Positions 11,978 through 23,637 of a stretch of DNA of 64,000 bases are shown here, one piece after another. The first letter of the stretch is position 1. Each line of letters starts with the position of its first letter. Origin of the DNA: an uncultured Methanosarcinaceae archaeon. Lineage in GTDB: Archaea > Halobacteriota > Methanosarcinia > Methanosarcinales > Methanosarcinaceae. The position numbers were made by a program, and so were the translations under genes. Below the pieces are notes generated by a model that saw only the letters and a list, made by a program, of their open reading frames with translations, was not told where the DNA came from and searched no databases. The stretch lies in assembly GCA_963733675.1 (NCBI GenBank), contig CAVTET010000012.1:192001-256000 (forward strand). The letters are read 5' to 3'.

Positions 11978-12700
11978 ATTTATCCAGCCTTCTCATATTT
12001 ATCTGATTTACAAAACTTGTTCAGGAACCTGATTATATGCATTCCAATTCAATAATTCCATTTACAAATTTTGAGAATCAATTTCCCTTTGAATATTTTT
12101 AAAAAAATATGTCTATCCAGCTAATCTGCCGCTTTATCAATTCAAATAACCATCAAAATTCCATATGACAATCTTGATGTAAAATACAGTTATACATCAA
12201 ACATATTTAAAGGTAAAAGGTAAAGCAATATTTATGAATTTCGTCAGTTAAGAAGCCAGTTCTATCAATATAAGAGTATGATAAAATTAGTTAAAGTAAT
12301 GAAATAGTTGATTATGTCAACGAAAAATTTATATACTTCTGATACAGACATAACCAAGTTAATGTCTATATCCTCTAAATTATATCGTCTCTTTTATATA
12401 TTGCCTTTACATGATGCAGCAAGCTATAGTTCTCAAGGAGTTTTAAATGTCTCATTACAGTCGAATACCTTGCAGCTTGATCAGAATAGAAACTTTCCCG
12501 AGAACAGTTCGGACTAAATGAGTTAATTTGAAAGCTAATTGTGTATCATAGAATGAAGCTAAGTAATGGAAAACCATTGTGTCTATACAAATAAGATATT
12601 AAATGGTTTTTTTGTATAGTATCGTAAAAATTTATTTTATACAATAACATAATCAATTCATAAAGGTAATATATACCATTTTTTTCCAGAATAGACATTT

Positions 12701-13462
12701 TCAGTATTCAATTTCGGCAATTATGATTTTTAGATGTTCTTGAATTTCGGAAATCGCTTCCGAGAGTGCTCTTTTGTTATCATAGGTCATAATTAATTTC
12801 ACAAGCTCATCTTTTCTTTCTTGTTTTATCTCTCTTCCAAATCTAACCATGTTATCCAGAGCTCTGGTAAGGTTATCAACAATGGATATAGTAGCTGTTC
12901 TGGAGGTTCTGGAAAGGGGATTTAGATCAATGGTAATTACAGTTTTGCCCATTTCTACAAGTTTTTCACAACGGTCCCCATCTTCTAGTGGAATGAGCAC
13001 GACATCTGCGGTATAGATCCCCTTTCTCTCTACTAGTCGTCTGCCACTGGAAAGCTCAAGGCTTGCGTCAGGATTTTTCCCGAGAACTTCCCCAGCTCCT
13101 TTTGCTTTCATTTGTTCTATTATAAGGTGTACCCGCGTTTCAGTCCTGTGAAAAAGATTTACTTCAATCTTGGCCCCTGTGATGTCTGCTAGAGAAACGA
13201 CTCTTTCAGGGGCTAAGGCTGCAACATTACCATTTATGGAAATCACTGGTTTCTTTGCTAGAAGAATAGCAGCAACTGCTGCCCTCTCAGCATACAGGGC
13301 TGACTCTGTGCTCCGCTCGCCTATGAGATAATCAAAGCTTTCGCCTCTACCCTGCGAAATCAGCCCTTGAATGCTTGTAATTCCTATTTTTACCCCAGCT
13401 ACAACTTTTTCACGGGCAAGCAGGGACTCATACCTTGGGTGGTCTTTTGGTATTTCAGTCAT
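12701..13462 (-). CDS. 4-phosphopantoate--beta-alanine ligase (PPS)
   Basis: HPRYESL, GRGESFDYLIGE, EVNLFHR, PLEDGDR, IDLNPLSRT; clustered with pantoate kinase and CoaBC. Confidence 0.93.
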   Translation of the reverse strand: MTEIPKDHPRYESLLAREKVVAGVKIGITSIQGLISQGRGESFDYLIGERSTESALYAERAAVAAILLAKKPVISINGNVAALAPERVVSLADITGAKIEVNLFHRTETRVHLIIEQMKAKGAGEVLGKNPDASLELSSGRRLVERKGIYTADVVLIPLEDGDRCEKLVEMGKTVITIDLNPLSRTSRTATISIVDNLTRALDNMVRFGREIKQERKDELVKLIMTYDNKRALSEAISEIQEHLKIIIAEIEY

Positions 13463-13709
13463 TTATGTTGCCTACTTTTTGCTTGTTAGCTTAATTTTTA
13501 TCATTTATTTTGGTTATTGCTTTCTGACTGTTTATTGTTATTTTAAGGAAAGTTTTTACTCTGCAAGTTTTTAATCCTAAAATAGCTGGTGTTATCACTA
13601 CCTTATTATATTTAGTTTAAGTCTTCAAATTTTGTCCTGGATAGACTTTGAAAGATAATCTGAATAATGTTATCAATACGACCACATCATTAGTTTTTTA
13701 AGTTAACTT

Positions 13710-13815
13710 GGAGAACCCTGTATTAAATTTTGGAATTTAGATAAACCACACATTTTTTCCCGATGGTGATAAATAACAAATAATTCGTGAAAATCAGAAG
13801 TTTATCGAAATCGCT
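13710..13815. mobile_element. MITE (family B, IS5-like ends), degenerate
   Basis: 13779-13812 AATAATTCGTGAAAATCAGAAGTTTATCGAAATC is an exact inverted copy of about 55722-55755. Confidence 0.6.
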
Positions 13816-13864
13816 TTATGTTTTCTCCTAATATTCAAAAAATAAATAGGTTTTATCCTGAGGC

Positions 13865-14767
13865 TCATTCATGAATTAATTTGGGCACACATGTGCTAAT
13901 ATTATATTCCAACACCTGACCGAATTCCTGGAGGGCTTCATAAATCGTAAATTCCTGGCAATGAGGGGCAATTACAAAAACTGCATCCCCAAACATCGCC
14001 TGAGAAGCCATCCATCCGTTTGCGTTTGTAACTTCAATGATATCCTTTGCCCTGCTGCTCATAAGGCCGGTTTTACTCGCAAACTCCTTTGCTTGGTACA
14101 TAAAATTTTCAAGAGTAGGCTTTTTAAGCAGCTCTGACATTGCGTCTTTTCCTGCAGAATTAATTCTCCCAACTGCAGCCTTGTCTTTCAGGACAGAATT
14201 CGTGGAGATCTCACCGAGAACAATACAATAAACCCTGGATTCGGGAACTGGAATACCATCCATAAGTCCAAATTTTGATCCTCCAGGATGTATTCGAATT
14301 ACCACTCCACCACTAGATATGCCAGCAACGTCTCCAAGCCCGCTGTAATTGACAACTTCTGCTACATGGGCATATTCAACCAAGCTTTTTGTTGTCTGGT
14401 TCAGAGAAAGCGCTTTGTTGAGGGCATAGGCCGTCCCGAGAGCTCCGGCACCTGAAGCTCCAAATCCGCATCCAATCGGAATTTCTGTCCAGCTCTTAAT
14501 CCTTACAGGTACATCAGTGATCATTTCTGCGACTGTACGGGTTGTTCTGCCTTCAACTTCCTTACCGTTGAGAAATATCTCTGTTTTCTCTATGGATTCC
14601 CCAACTTTAACCTCGGTGGTAACTCCCCCGTTCAGGACAATTCCGCAGCCTGTAGAACCTTTGCGATGAGGATTTTCATGTTCGTAGATCTGAAAAAAAC
14701 CTGTGATATGGCCAGGTGCATAAGCTTTTGCATAAAAGTCTGCTACTTCAATCTGATATTTGTGCAT
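13865..14767 (-). CDS. Pantoate kinase (GHMP family, PoK)
   Basis: APGHITGFF, KGSTGCG, PIGCGFGASGA, GLGDV, SQAMFG. Confidence 0.93.
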   Translation of the reverse strand: MHKYQIEVADFYAKAYAPGHITGFFQIYEHENPHRKGSTGCGIVLNGGVTTEVKVGESIEKTEIFLNGKEVEGRTTRTVAEMITDVPVRIKSWTEIPIGCGFGASGAGALGTAYALNKALSLNQTTKSLVEYAHVAEVVNYSGLGDVAGISSGGVVIRIHPGGSKFGLMDGIPVPESRVYCIVLGEISTNSVLKDKAAVGRINSAGKDAMSELLKKPTLENFMYQAKEFASKTGLMSSRAKDIIEVTNANGWMASQAMFGDAVFVIAPHCQEFTIYEALQEFGQVLEYNISTCVPKLIHE

Positions 14768-14968
14768 AGAAAGCGCCTATTATAACTTGAATAGATTTTT
14801 CAAAGTTCGTTCCTGTTCTGCAGAATGCTTCGCATTTTGCAGATCTATTCAGGATTGAATGCAGCTATTTATCTTTGGATATAGCTATTCTTATCGAATA
14901 TATATTTAGCATCTAATTATGCTTATCACAATTATACGGCTTCAACTTGATTTCATAATTTTAGAAAA

Positions 14969-16330
14969 CTATTTGTCATTCAAAAGCTCGATGATTTCTT
15001 CAATAATCGAAGCTGCAAGTTTCCTTTTGTTTCCGCTTATGTGCTTAAGCTCACCTTTTTTTCTTCCGATCAGGTAAAGTTCGTTTTCCTCGGTGCCCAT
15101 TCCACCTTTTCCGACATCATTTGCTGCAATCAGATCCAGTTTTGATCTCTCAAGTATTGCAGTTGCCCTTCTGAGGAGCTCCTCCCTTCCAACTCCAGTT
15201 TCGGCTTTAAAGCCAATGATCATGAGATCAGAATACCTGTTACGGCATTCTTTTATTAATTTGCGGGTCGGTTTCAGCTTTAAAACAAGTTCTTCACCCG
15301 ATTTTATCTTTTCAGTAGAAGGCTCAGCTGTATAGTCTGCAATTGCTGCCTCGCTGATAAGGATATCATATCCTTTCTTCAATTCAGATAGCACTGCATC
15401 TGTCATTTCTGCGGCGCTTTCTACCAAAATTTCCCTAATTCCTGGAATATTCAGTCTATTGCGATGTACCACTGTTACATCGGCTCCTCTGCGGTAAGCT
15501 TCAAGAGCAAGCTCCCTTCCGGTTTTCCCTGAGGCTCGATTCGTGAGGATGCGTATAGGATCGAGAATTTCGGCGGTAGAACCGCTTGTGATGATTACCT
15601 TTCTGTTTTCAAGACTCTTTTCTCCCAGAGCCCTTTCTACCTCTAGCACTATTTCTTCATTTGATGCTATTTTTGCGATGCCTTCTTCCAATTTTGGGCC
15701 TACAATAAAAAGTCCCCAGGTTTTCAGTTTTATTATATTCTCAACTACAGCCGGGTGCCTATACATTGACTCATGCATTGCGGGGACAAGTATCAAAGGC
15801 ATGCCTGAGCCAATAGCTGTTGTTGCAAAGGAAGTGACGGTTGTATCATCTATTCCGGATGCTATTTTTCCTATGGTATTTGCTGTTGCAGGGGCTATCA
15901 GAAGAACATCAGCCCTGCCTTTGAGTCCACAAAATTCCACATGCTCCACTCTGCCTCTCAGCTCAGTAATTACAGAGTTTCCGGTAGCATAATGCAGGGC
16001 ATCGGGATGTAGTATATGCCTGGCCGCATCAGTCATAACTGCATGGACTTTAGCTCCGTTCCTGATAAGTTCTCTTGCAAGTTCAACTACCCTGACTGCT
16101 CCAATACTTCCCGTAACGCCAAGTACTATAGTTTTTCCAATAAGTGAGGAGCTCTTATGGCCTTCAATCCAGAGCGTGGGATGAAAATCTTCAGATTTGA
16201 ACTTTGTGGTATTTTGCCCCTTTTCGTTATAAACATCATTTACTCTATCCGTTTCCCTTCGATCAGATTTTTCCTTATTAGAGTTTGTCTGGTCCTTATG
16301 ATTTTTAGAGTATTTCAATGGGGTTTTCAT
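14969..16330 (-). CDS. coaBC: Phosphopantothenoylcysteine decarboxylase/synthetase CoaBC
   Basis: GVTGSI, APATANTIGKIA, PAMHESM, DPIRILTNRASGKTG, GFKAE. Confidence 0.95.
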   Translation of the reverse strand: MKTPLKYSKNHKDQTNSNKEKSDRRETDRVNDVYNEKGQNTTKFKSEDFHPTLWIEGHKSSSLIGKTIVLGVTGSIGAVRVVELARELIRNGAKVHAVMTDAARHILHPDALHYATGNSVITELRGRVEHVEFCGLKGRADVLLIAPATANTIGKIASGIDDTTVTSFATTAIGSGMPLILVPAMHESMYRHPAVVENIIKLKTWGLFIVGPKLEEGIAKIASNEEIVLEVERALGEKSLENRKVIITSGSTAEILDPIRILTNRASGKTGRELALEAYRRGADVTVVHRNRLNIPGIREILVESAAEMTDAVLSELKKGYDILISEAAIADYTAEPSTEKIKSGEELVLKLKPTRKLIKECRNRYSDLMIIGFKAETGVGREELLRRATAILERSKLDLIAANDVGKGGMGTEENELYLIGRKKGELKHISGNKRKLAASIIEEIIELLNDK

Positions 16331-16705
16331 TCACTCACCGAAATGATCTATAAAAATTGTGTGGAGACTAAAATTGCTCGCTTTTCAAGAATATTGTCAG
16401 AAAGCAAAGTGACATTAAATGCGATATTCTTAAAACTTTCGAAATGCGACCGTCAAGGTATGCTACTCGATACCTCAAAGAGAAGAAAGCTAATAAATAT
16501 ACTAAAATAAGGAAGTGATATCCTAGTCTCATAAAAAGTAACTCGCAAATAGACAAATCGAGTTTTGACCTTAAGAGAGAGAAATTAAAAATAATATCAA
16601 AATTTGGCTTTATATAAATAATTTCTGAATCGACAGAAGGTCATTCAATTACTGAAATTTGATGATGTATCTTCAGTATAAGCATTTAAAATTTAGTAAA
16701 TTATA

Positions 16706-17760
16706 GAGAACTTCGATTAACTTCTGTATTTTTGTGTATTGAAAAGTTTAGATATCTTAGCAATAATTTATATTCATAAAAAATCCGATTGATTTTGTTC
16801 TTAAAGAAAAATACAAATATTTTCAGTCAGTGGGGACAAACTTGTTGAAATTGATCCATTAATTGATTGGAAATCTTTTAGTACCGTTTTTTTAAGTCCA
16901 TATCTTTAAATAAAATAGTTTTTAGTAGCAGACCTGAAATGACGTCATATTTATGTTAAAAATGTTTTTTTTAAAGAAATTTTCTGGTCTTTCCGAATTT
17001 GAATTTGAGAAACAATGTATTAATCGAATTTTTTTCAGGAAATCTTTTGGTTTTCCTGAGTACTTACATATAAGTATACCAGTTTGGTCATTTAGAGAGA
17101 TAATTATTGATAATTGCAAAGAAAAATAAAATATGAAGACAGTTCCCAAGTCAACTTAATTGCCTTGGTTTTAAAAATAAAACAGGGTGATAAGTCACAC
17201 TTTGAATATTAACTTCATAGCATAATAAAAAGGGATTATTAGACGATCAGAAAATTCAAAACAACAACTGCATCACTTCATGATTCTAAGGTAGATTTAT
17301 CAGAAGGAAATGAAGTGGTTTTCAGAGATAGGGGATACTTTGGAGCAAAATCAAAAGGTTATGATAAAACAATGAGAAGAGCAGTTAATGAATATCCTCT
17401 GGAATGAGTTGTATATTAAGAAACAAGGGATCATCTAAAAAAAAGAGCTTTACGGTAAAGAGTTATGAAGTAACTAAAAAAATATCCAAACCAGGAAAAG
17501 TCCTTGTCACTATTGTTCAAAGAATGAATCTGAAGATGTTGTGTACACAGGTTTGCTATAATCTCTATCAATTGATGATATCGAAAATAAAAGGGGTATT
17601 TTGAGGATATGGAAATTTTATTTAAAATTCAAAGGATACTGAACCAGAAATGAAAAAAGTTGGTCAAATACAGAAATCTGTGAGAAAGATTTGGATAGGA
17701 TTTTTGCAGGAATAAAATTAGAGGTCAATCTGAGTCTTCAATAGTGTTTCTACGAACCAT
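16706..17760 (+). mobile_element. Highly decayed IS5-family element
   Basis: Fragments GDKLVEIDPLIDWKSF and EVVFRDRGYFGAKSKGYDKTMRRA; left-end-like GAGAACTTCGATTAACTTC at 16706. Confidence 0.65.
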
Positions 17761-17861
17761 AAATTTTACTTATAAGTGTCGTATTTATATATGTTAATTT
17801 AAATTGCTAGCTATAATTTTAATAAAGCTGGGGAAGGTCTACTAAATGGGGAGGAAATCAG

Positions 17862-18905
17862 ATGATAACTAAAAAAAATTTAAAACAACAAACTTCTGAA
17901 GATACGAAAAAAGGATTAAGCGCATTCATAGGAAAAATTTCAGGAAAAGGACATCTTGAGCTTGAGATAGGCAGGCTCAACTCCCTAGTAGTGAAACTGG
18001 AACTCGATCTGCTAAATGCAAGAACCCAGCTCGAAAAGAGAGAAGCTCTTGCAAGACAGGCAGTTGCAGATAGGCAGGATGCTGAAAGCCGTTTAAAACA
18101 GGAACTGGTTAGAGTTCAAACCCTCTCCCATGAGCTCGAAACAATAAGAGCTGAGTCCCCGGAGAAGCTGGAGTTTCGTGAGATTGAAAACCTGAGCCTG
18201 CTAGCTGTTAAGGCTTACATTTCCAAACTAAGTTCCCTTCGCTCTCCTACTGATGACTTGCTTACTGTTTACATTCCTTGTGAAACTCGTCTCTCAGGCT
18301 TGTTGAGAGAAAAGGTTATTGATTTGATAGAAGAAGAGAAACGGATACTTCTAGAAAGGCTTGAACCTAAAACCGGTTTTGTTCTATTCTATGATTGTCA
18401 CCATATGATCTGCGAAGCTATAGTCCTTCCAATTCCAATTAAATCCCCCTCCTGGGAGCTTGCGGATAGATTTGCTACTTCTTTTCTTGAAGAGATTCTG
18501 AGTAAGGACTACAGCATTCTTGTTATCATCCTGCATGCAGGCGAGTCTTTCATAGGTTTTGCTCCTTATGGCCAGGTCTTTGATATCAAGGAGTTTGTCC
18601 GCAGTAGTGTGAAGGAAAAACATAGTAAGGGAGGCTTTAGCCAGCGCCGGTTCGAACGCCTCCGAGAAGAAGATATCTCTCACCACATGGACAAAGTTTT
18701 TGAAGCCCTGGATAAAGTTCTTGAAAAAAATACATTAATAGACTTTGTTATTCTGAGTGGCGATTCTCAGCTCATAAAAGAAATTCAGAAGCATCTGCCC
18801 ATCAACATTGAAACAATTGAAAAGCCTTCTGATATCAAAATCGAAAAAACAAACTGTGAGTATATTCTTAGAACATTTTTAAGTTCCAGACGTTATCTTC
18901 TGTGA
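17862..18905 (+). CDS. Vms1-like release factor (acVLRF1-type) peptidyl-tRNA hydrolase with N-terminal coiled coil
   Basis: KHSKGGFSQRRFERLRE catalytic loop in an eRF1-like context. Confidence 0.8.
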   Translation: MITKKNLKQQTSEDTKKGLSAFIGKISGKGHLELEIGRLNSLVVKLELDLLNARTQLEKREALARQAVADRQDAESRLKQELVRVQTLSHELETIRAESPEKLEFREIENLSLLAVKAYISKLSSLRSPTDDLLTVYIPCETRLSGLLREKVIDLIEEEKRILLERLEPKTGFVLFYDCHHMICEAIVLPIPIKSPSWELADRFATSFLEEILSKDYSILVIILHAGESFIGFAPYGQVFDIKEFVRSSVKEKHSKGGFSQRRFERLREEDISHHMDKVFEALDKVLEKNTLIDFVILSGDSQLIKEIQKHLPINIETIEKPSDIKIEKTNCEYILRTFLSSRRYLL

Positions 18906-19138
18906 AATACTAGAGATTATTTTTTTTAGGGAACAAGCGATCTTTACTTTGTTTTTATAGACAAAAAAGCTTCTGAAAAGCTGAAAGTCATATTCTACCC
19001 TAGCTGATGAGATTGGAAAATAACCGGAAATATATACTTAATATATAAATATATCTTTATTTAAATCTAGAATTCCTGAAAGCTAACAAAAGAATTTTGC
19101 ACAACCTATATCAACTTTCAGTTCAGGGAAGATCAGTA

Positions 19139-19930
19139 ATGGCGAGAGATAGAAGAGATTATTATTATCATCAAGCAAAAAAAGAAGGTTATCGGTCCAG
19201 AGCTTCTTTCAAACTTATGCAGATCAACGAAAAACACAAAATTATCAGGCATGGAGATTCGATCGTGGATTTAGGCGCAGCACCTGGCGGATGGCTGCAG
19301 GTCGCAAAGAAGTTATCTGGAGGCAAAGTCCTTGGAGTGGATCTACAAAGAATTGATCATATTGAGGGAGTAGAAACAATTCAGGGTGATATAAACATAG
19401 AATCAACAATAAAGACTATTATTCAAGCTACAGCTTTAAAAGGAGTGGACGTAGTGCTTTGTGATGCAGCCCCAAATTTGTCTGGAAACTGGTCTTATGA
19501 TCATGCAAGGTCAATTGAACTGGCGACCTCAGCTCTCGAATGTGCAAAGAGGATATTGAAACGAAAGGGAAATTTTGTTGTGAAGGTATTCCAGGGTGAC
19601 ATGTTCAACGATTACCTACAAAATGCCAGAGAAAACTTTGTTCGAACAACTGCTTATTCTCCGAAAGCTTCAAGGTCTCAAAGTGCGGAAATATACTTTA
19701 TTGGGAAGGAATTCCTTACAGCGCCACTCCACAAGGGAGATGAATTTGTTGTTGAGATCCAGAAATTGGGTTCAGGTGGAGATGGAGTCGTGCTAATTGA
19801 AAAGTTCATTGTCTTCGTAAAGGAAGTTGAGGTTGGAGAAAAGGTCAGGATTAGTATAATAGATGTCAAGCTGAACTTCGCTTTTGCAGATGTTAAAGAA
19901 AGGCTTGGTAAATTTGAAACATCTGAATAA
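19139..19930 (+). CDS. rlmE: 23S rRNA Um2552 methyltransferase with C-terminal TRAM domain
   Basis: GYRSRASFKL, DLGAAPGGW, CDAAP, KVFQG, SAEIY; start placed at MARDRRD. Confidence 0.94.
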   Translation: MARDRRDYYYHQAKKEGYRSRASFKLMQINEKHKIIRHGDSIVDLGAAPGGWLQVAKKLSGGKVLGVDLQRIDHIEGVETIQGDINIESTIKTIIQATALKGVDVVLCDAAPNLSGNWSYDHARSIELATSALECAKRILKRKGNFVVKVFQGDMFNDYLQNARENFVRTTAYSPKASRSQSAEIYFIGKEFLTAPLHKGDEFVVEIQKLGSGGDGVVLIEKFIVFVKEVEVGEKVRISIIDVKLNFAFADVKERLGKFETSE

Positions 19931-20033
19931 TTCTAATCATGAAATTCCAGTAAACACAGCTAAAATGAACGAGTAGACAAATTGAGTATGGGAAATAGTC
20001 ATATAGCATAAATTAAAATAAGTTTCAAATACG

Positions 20034-20690
20034 GTGATTATGTTGATTGATCTTCATACTCATACAATTTTCAGCGATGGAGAATTAATCCCCAGCGAAT
20101 TGGCTCGGAGAGCAGTAATTCATGGTTATGAAGCTATTGCAATTACAGATCATGCGGATTACACCAATCTAGAACAGCTTATAGAAGCCGCAAAGAAAGC
20201 AAAATATCTCGAAAATGAGTGGGATATCCATGTTTTGGCTGGAGTTGAACTGACGCATGTACCACCAAGGAAGATTGCTCCTCTAGCAAAAAAAGCAAAA
20301 GAGCTGGGGGCGGAAATCGTGGTCGTTCACGGGGAAACTATCTCCGAACCAGTAGCATCAGGGACAAATGCGGCTTCTGCGGCCTGTGATTATGTGGATA
20401 TCCTTGCTCATCCAGGTCTTATATCGCAAGAAGATGTTCAGACTGCAGTAGAAAACAACGTTTACCTTGAGATTACTACCAGGAATAGGCATAACATAAC
20501 CAATGGACATGTTGCGAGGCTTGCCCTTGAAATTGGAGCAACTCTTGTGGTGAACACTGATACCCATGCACCTGAGAATCTTATCACCGATGAAGATGCC
20601 CTTAAAATCGCAATGGGCGCGGGGCTCACTAAATCCAGGGCAATAGAAACGTTTAAAGCTTCTGAAAAAAAGGTAGCAGAGATTATCTGA
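20034..20690 (+). CDS. PHP-domain phosphatase (histidinol phosphatase-like)
   Basis: DLHTHT, ITDH, GVELTH, VHGET, LAHPG, NTDTH. Confidence 0.88.
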   Translation: MIMLIDLHTHTIFSDGELIPSELARRAVIHGYEAIAITDHADYTNLEQLIEAAKKAKYLENEWDIHVLAGVELTHVPPRKIAPLAKKAKELGAEIVVVHGETISEPVASGTNAASAACDYVDILAHPGLISQEDVQTAVENNVYLEITTRNRHNITNGHVARLALEIGATLVVNTDTHAPENLITDEDALKIAMGAGLTKSRAIETFKASEKKVAEII

Positions 20691-20730
20691 AATAATCTTT
20701 TTTATGTTTTTTCTATTTTATTCTAAAGGA

Positions 20731-21662
20731 GGTTCCGTTGCAAAAAATTCAAAAAAATATGTAAATCTATAAGTGATTAATAAAAATCAAAATATTAAAG
20801 GAAAATGGATTCCGTTGCAAAAAATCCTTTCTAATGATACAATAGAATAAAACGAAAACTAAAGATAGTAATATGCTATCTAATTCCTTTAAATGAAAGC
20901 ATTATGAAGGAGAAATTATCTTATTGAATGTAAGATGGTACTTAAAATATCCATTGAGCTATAGAAATTTAAAGGAAATGATGATAGAAAGAGGAATTCA
21001 AGTTGATCACAGTACTATAATGAGATGGGTGCATCAATATTCCCCTGAAATAGAAAAGAAGATAAGAAGACATTTAAGACCAACAAATGATTCGTGGAGA
21101 GTTGATGAAACCTATATCAAAGTAAAAGGTAAATGGAAATATTTTTACCGAGCAGTTGACTCAAATGGAGATACAATTGATTTCATGTTAAGTTCAAAAC
21201 GAGATAGAAAGGCAGCGAAGAGATTCCTTAAGAAAGCTTTAAGTTCTAATCATAATCAAATTCCAAGATTAATAACCGTTGATAAGAATCCAGCTTATCC
21301 ACCTGCTATAGATAAACTAAAAATTGATAAAATACTACCTAAAAACGTAGGCATTCGACAAATCAAGTATTTGAATAACATTATAGAACAAGATCACAGA
21401 TCTATAAAGAGAATCGTTAATCCAATGTTAGGATTTCAGTCTTTTCGATCTGCTAATAAGACTTTAAAAGGAATTGAAGCTATAAATATGATCAAAAAAG
21501 GACAAGTAATCGATTTAAATTACTCTGTTCTTAATGAAGTCAAATACATTAATCAATTATTTGGTATAGTTTTATAATGTTAGTACATTTTCCTTGAATG
21601 TTTTGATTTTTATTAATCACTTATAGATTTACATATTTTGTTGAAGTTTTTGCAACGGAACC
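20731..21662 (+). mobile_element. IS6-family element, copy 2 (long-IR variant; transposase has TGA at Trp8)
   Basis: Same architecture as copy 1; TTT AAA TGA AAG where other copies read TGG; no TSD. Confidence 0.95.
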
Positions 21663-22327
21663 CTTATTTCTCTATCATGATGGTTGTTATGTTAATTAGT
21701 TCCAATTGTTTCACGAACTCCATATGCTCTATGAGTTCCAGGAGTTCCATAAGTCATAGATCAACAATGTTTTCTTATTACTGATGCCATTTAGGAAATC
21801 CAGAGATTTAGACCTAAAAATTGTGTATAAATGAAAATCTAAATCTAAAAAAAAGCTTTGTAAATAAAAATATTGGCTCTGTATTATGTTTCGAGATGAA
21901 GTAAAGTGATACAGGGTCAATTAAAATCTAAAAATTTTTAGAGATATTGCAATAAAAGCAAAGTTGACTTTAAGACTTTAATATATTATAGGTGTCTACA
22001 CCCACTGATTAGCATCTCCACATCCACTAGGTATTGAACCCTTACACTAACCAGTGGATTTGGAAATGCTAATAGTAATAATAACAAAAATTGCATTAAG
22101 TAAGAACTGTAACTGAATTGTAGATATGGGTTTACTGCCCATTTAATCCTACACCACGTTGCACGAAAAAGTGAAGAAGGACATTTCATTAAGATAAAAG
22201 TAAGATAAATAAAAATAAATTCTTTAATTTTTTTATTTTAATCGTTAGTGTACCAAAAGTTCTGTAATATATTATTGACTCGGTATTCTTTTTCATTCAG
22301 CACAAAAAAAAGATGTACAACCAATAG

Positions 22328-22516
22328 TTATGGTTCATCCATGCCTGATCCATTCATCATGCCTAATCCGTTCATAGTGCTTGATCCATTCATCAAACGT
22401 GATTCGTTCATGCCTAGTCCTTATCCACTTGCTACAATAGCTGTCACTGATATTAATAAGCTTACTACTATCAAAAAGATAATTATCTTATTACTATGGT
22501 TAAATTTAGTACCCAT
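22328..22516 (-). pseudogene. Signal-peptide protein fragment with Met/Gly 18-bp tandem repeats
   Basis: MGTKFNHSNKIIIFLIVVSLLISVTAIVASG*GLGMNESRLMNGSSTMNGLGMMNGSGMDEP*; internal TAA. Confidence 0.5.
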
Positions 22517-23136
22517 ATGAAAAACTCTCCTTAGTATTATTTAGTAATCTTTACCTATTCCATATTTATTAGAGCTTATGCCATCTTGTAGGCATTTATA
22601 TGCACTGAATAATACTTACTTCTATAATTCTTAAAATTAATTATAAGAAAAATAATTTCTAAATAAAAAATACTTTCACATAAAATATTTTAAAATCGGA
22701 AAACAATTTGTTATCAATTATGTTTTTATTCAGAAACTATTTTTTGGATAATTAATTTAAAAAACTAGGGGAGTAATTATACATTGTAGTTTAAAACGAA
22801 CAGATACAAGGTGAATGAGTGGGGAAGTATTGGTAGAAAGTATGAGTATATGGGATAATTGTAACGAATTTCGATAATTCTACAATTTCAACAAATTACA
22901 TATATAGGCTTTATAGCAACCAGCCATAAAATTGGGGTTTATTGAAATACCCCCTGAACTGCCAAGTCATCCTTACCCCGAGCTTTGAAACAATCTAATC
23001 CCGAACATTATGGAAAAGTTTTATCTGGTATATTTTCACAATCAGAAAGTGATGTTTGCTTTTGAAATAATCTCCTATTTGCATGGTTTTTAAATTCAAG
23101 ATTGAGAACGCAAAATAAAATTATGGGGGAATTTAC

Positions 23137-23637
23137 CTGAAAGCACTTGTATTTGGAGCCGATGGTTTTGAAGATACAGAACTTATTTATCCTTATCACC
23201 GTTTGAAAGAAGAAGGAATAACCACACATGTAGCTTCAATAAATAAAGGGCCTATAACAGGAAAACATGGATATGAAATCAATGCGGAAGTTGCCTTTAG
23301 AGATGTGAATCCTGCAGATTATGATATCCTAGTGATCTCTGGAGGAAAAGGACCTGAAAAAATGAGACTGGACAAAGATGCGCTTGAGATTACGAGATAC
23401 TTCTTCAAAGAAAAAAAACCGGTTGCAGCAATCTGCCACGGTCCACAGGTTTTAATCTCTGCAGGCGTCATAAAAGGTAGAAAAATCACCTGCTGGTTAG
23501 GGATAAGGGATGATATTATAGCTGCAGGAGCACTTTATGAAGACCGTGAAGTCGTTATAGATGAAAACCTGGTATCATCAAGGAGTCCAGAGGACCTGTA
23601 TGCTTTTGGAAGGGAAATGATTAAACTAGTAAAGTAA
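23137..23637 (+). CDS. pfpI: PfpI/DJ-1 family protein, probable CTG start
   Basis: In-frame extension of the 23203 ORF: LKALVFGADGFEDTELIYPYHRLKEEG; AICHGP nucleophile elbow; GGGGGA upstream of CTG. Confidence 0.85.
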   Translation: MKALVFGADGFEDTELIYPYHRLKEEGITTHVASINKGPITGKHGYEINAEVAFRDVNPADYDILVISGGKGPEKMRLDKDALEITRYFFKEKKPVAAICHGPQVLISAGVIKGRKITCWLGIRDDIIAAGALYEDREVVIDENLVSSRSPEDLYAFGREMIKLVK

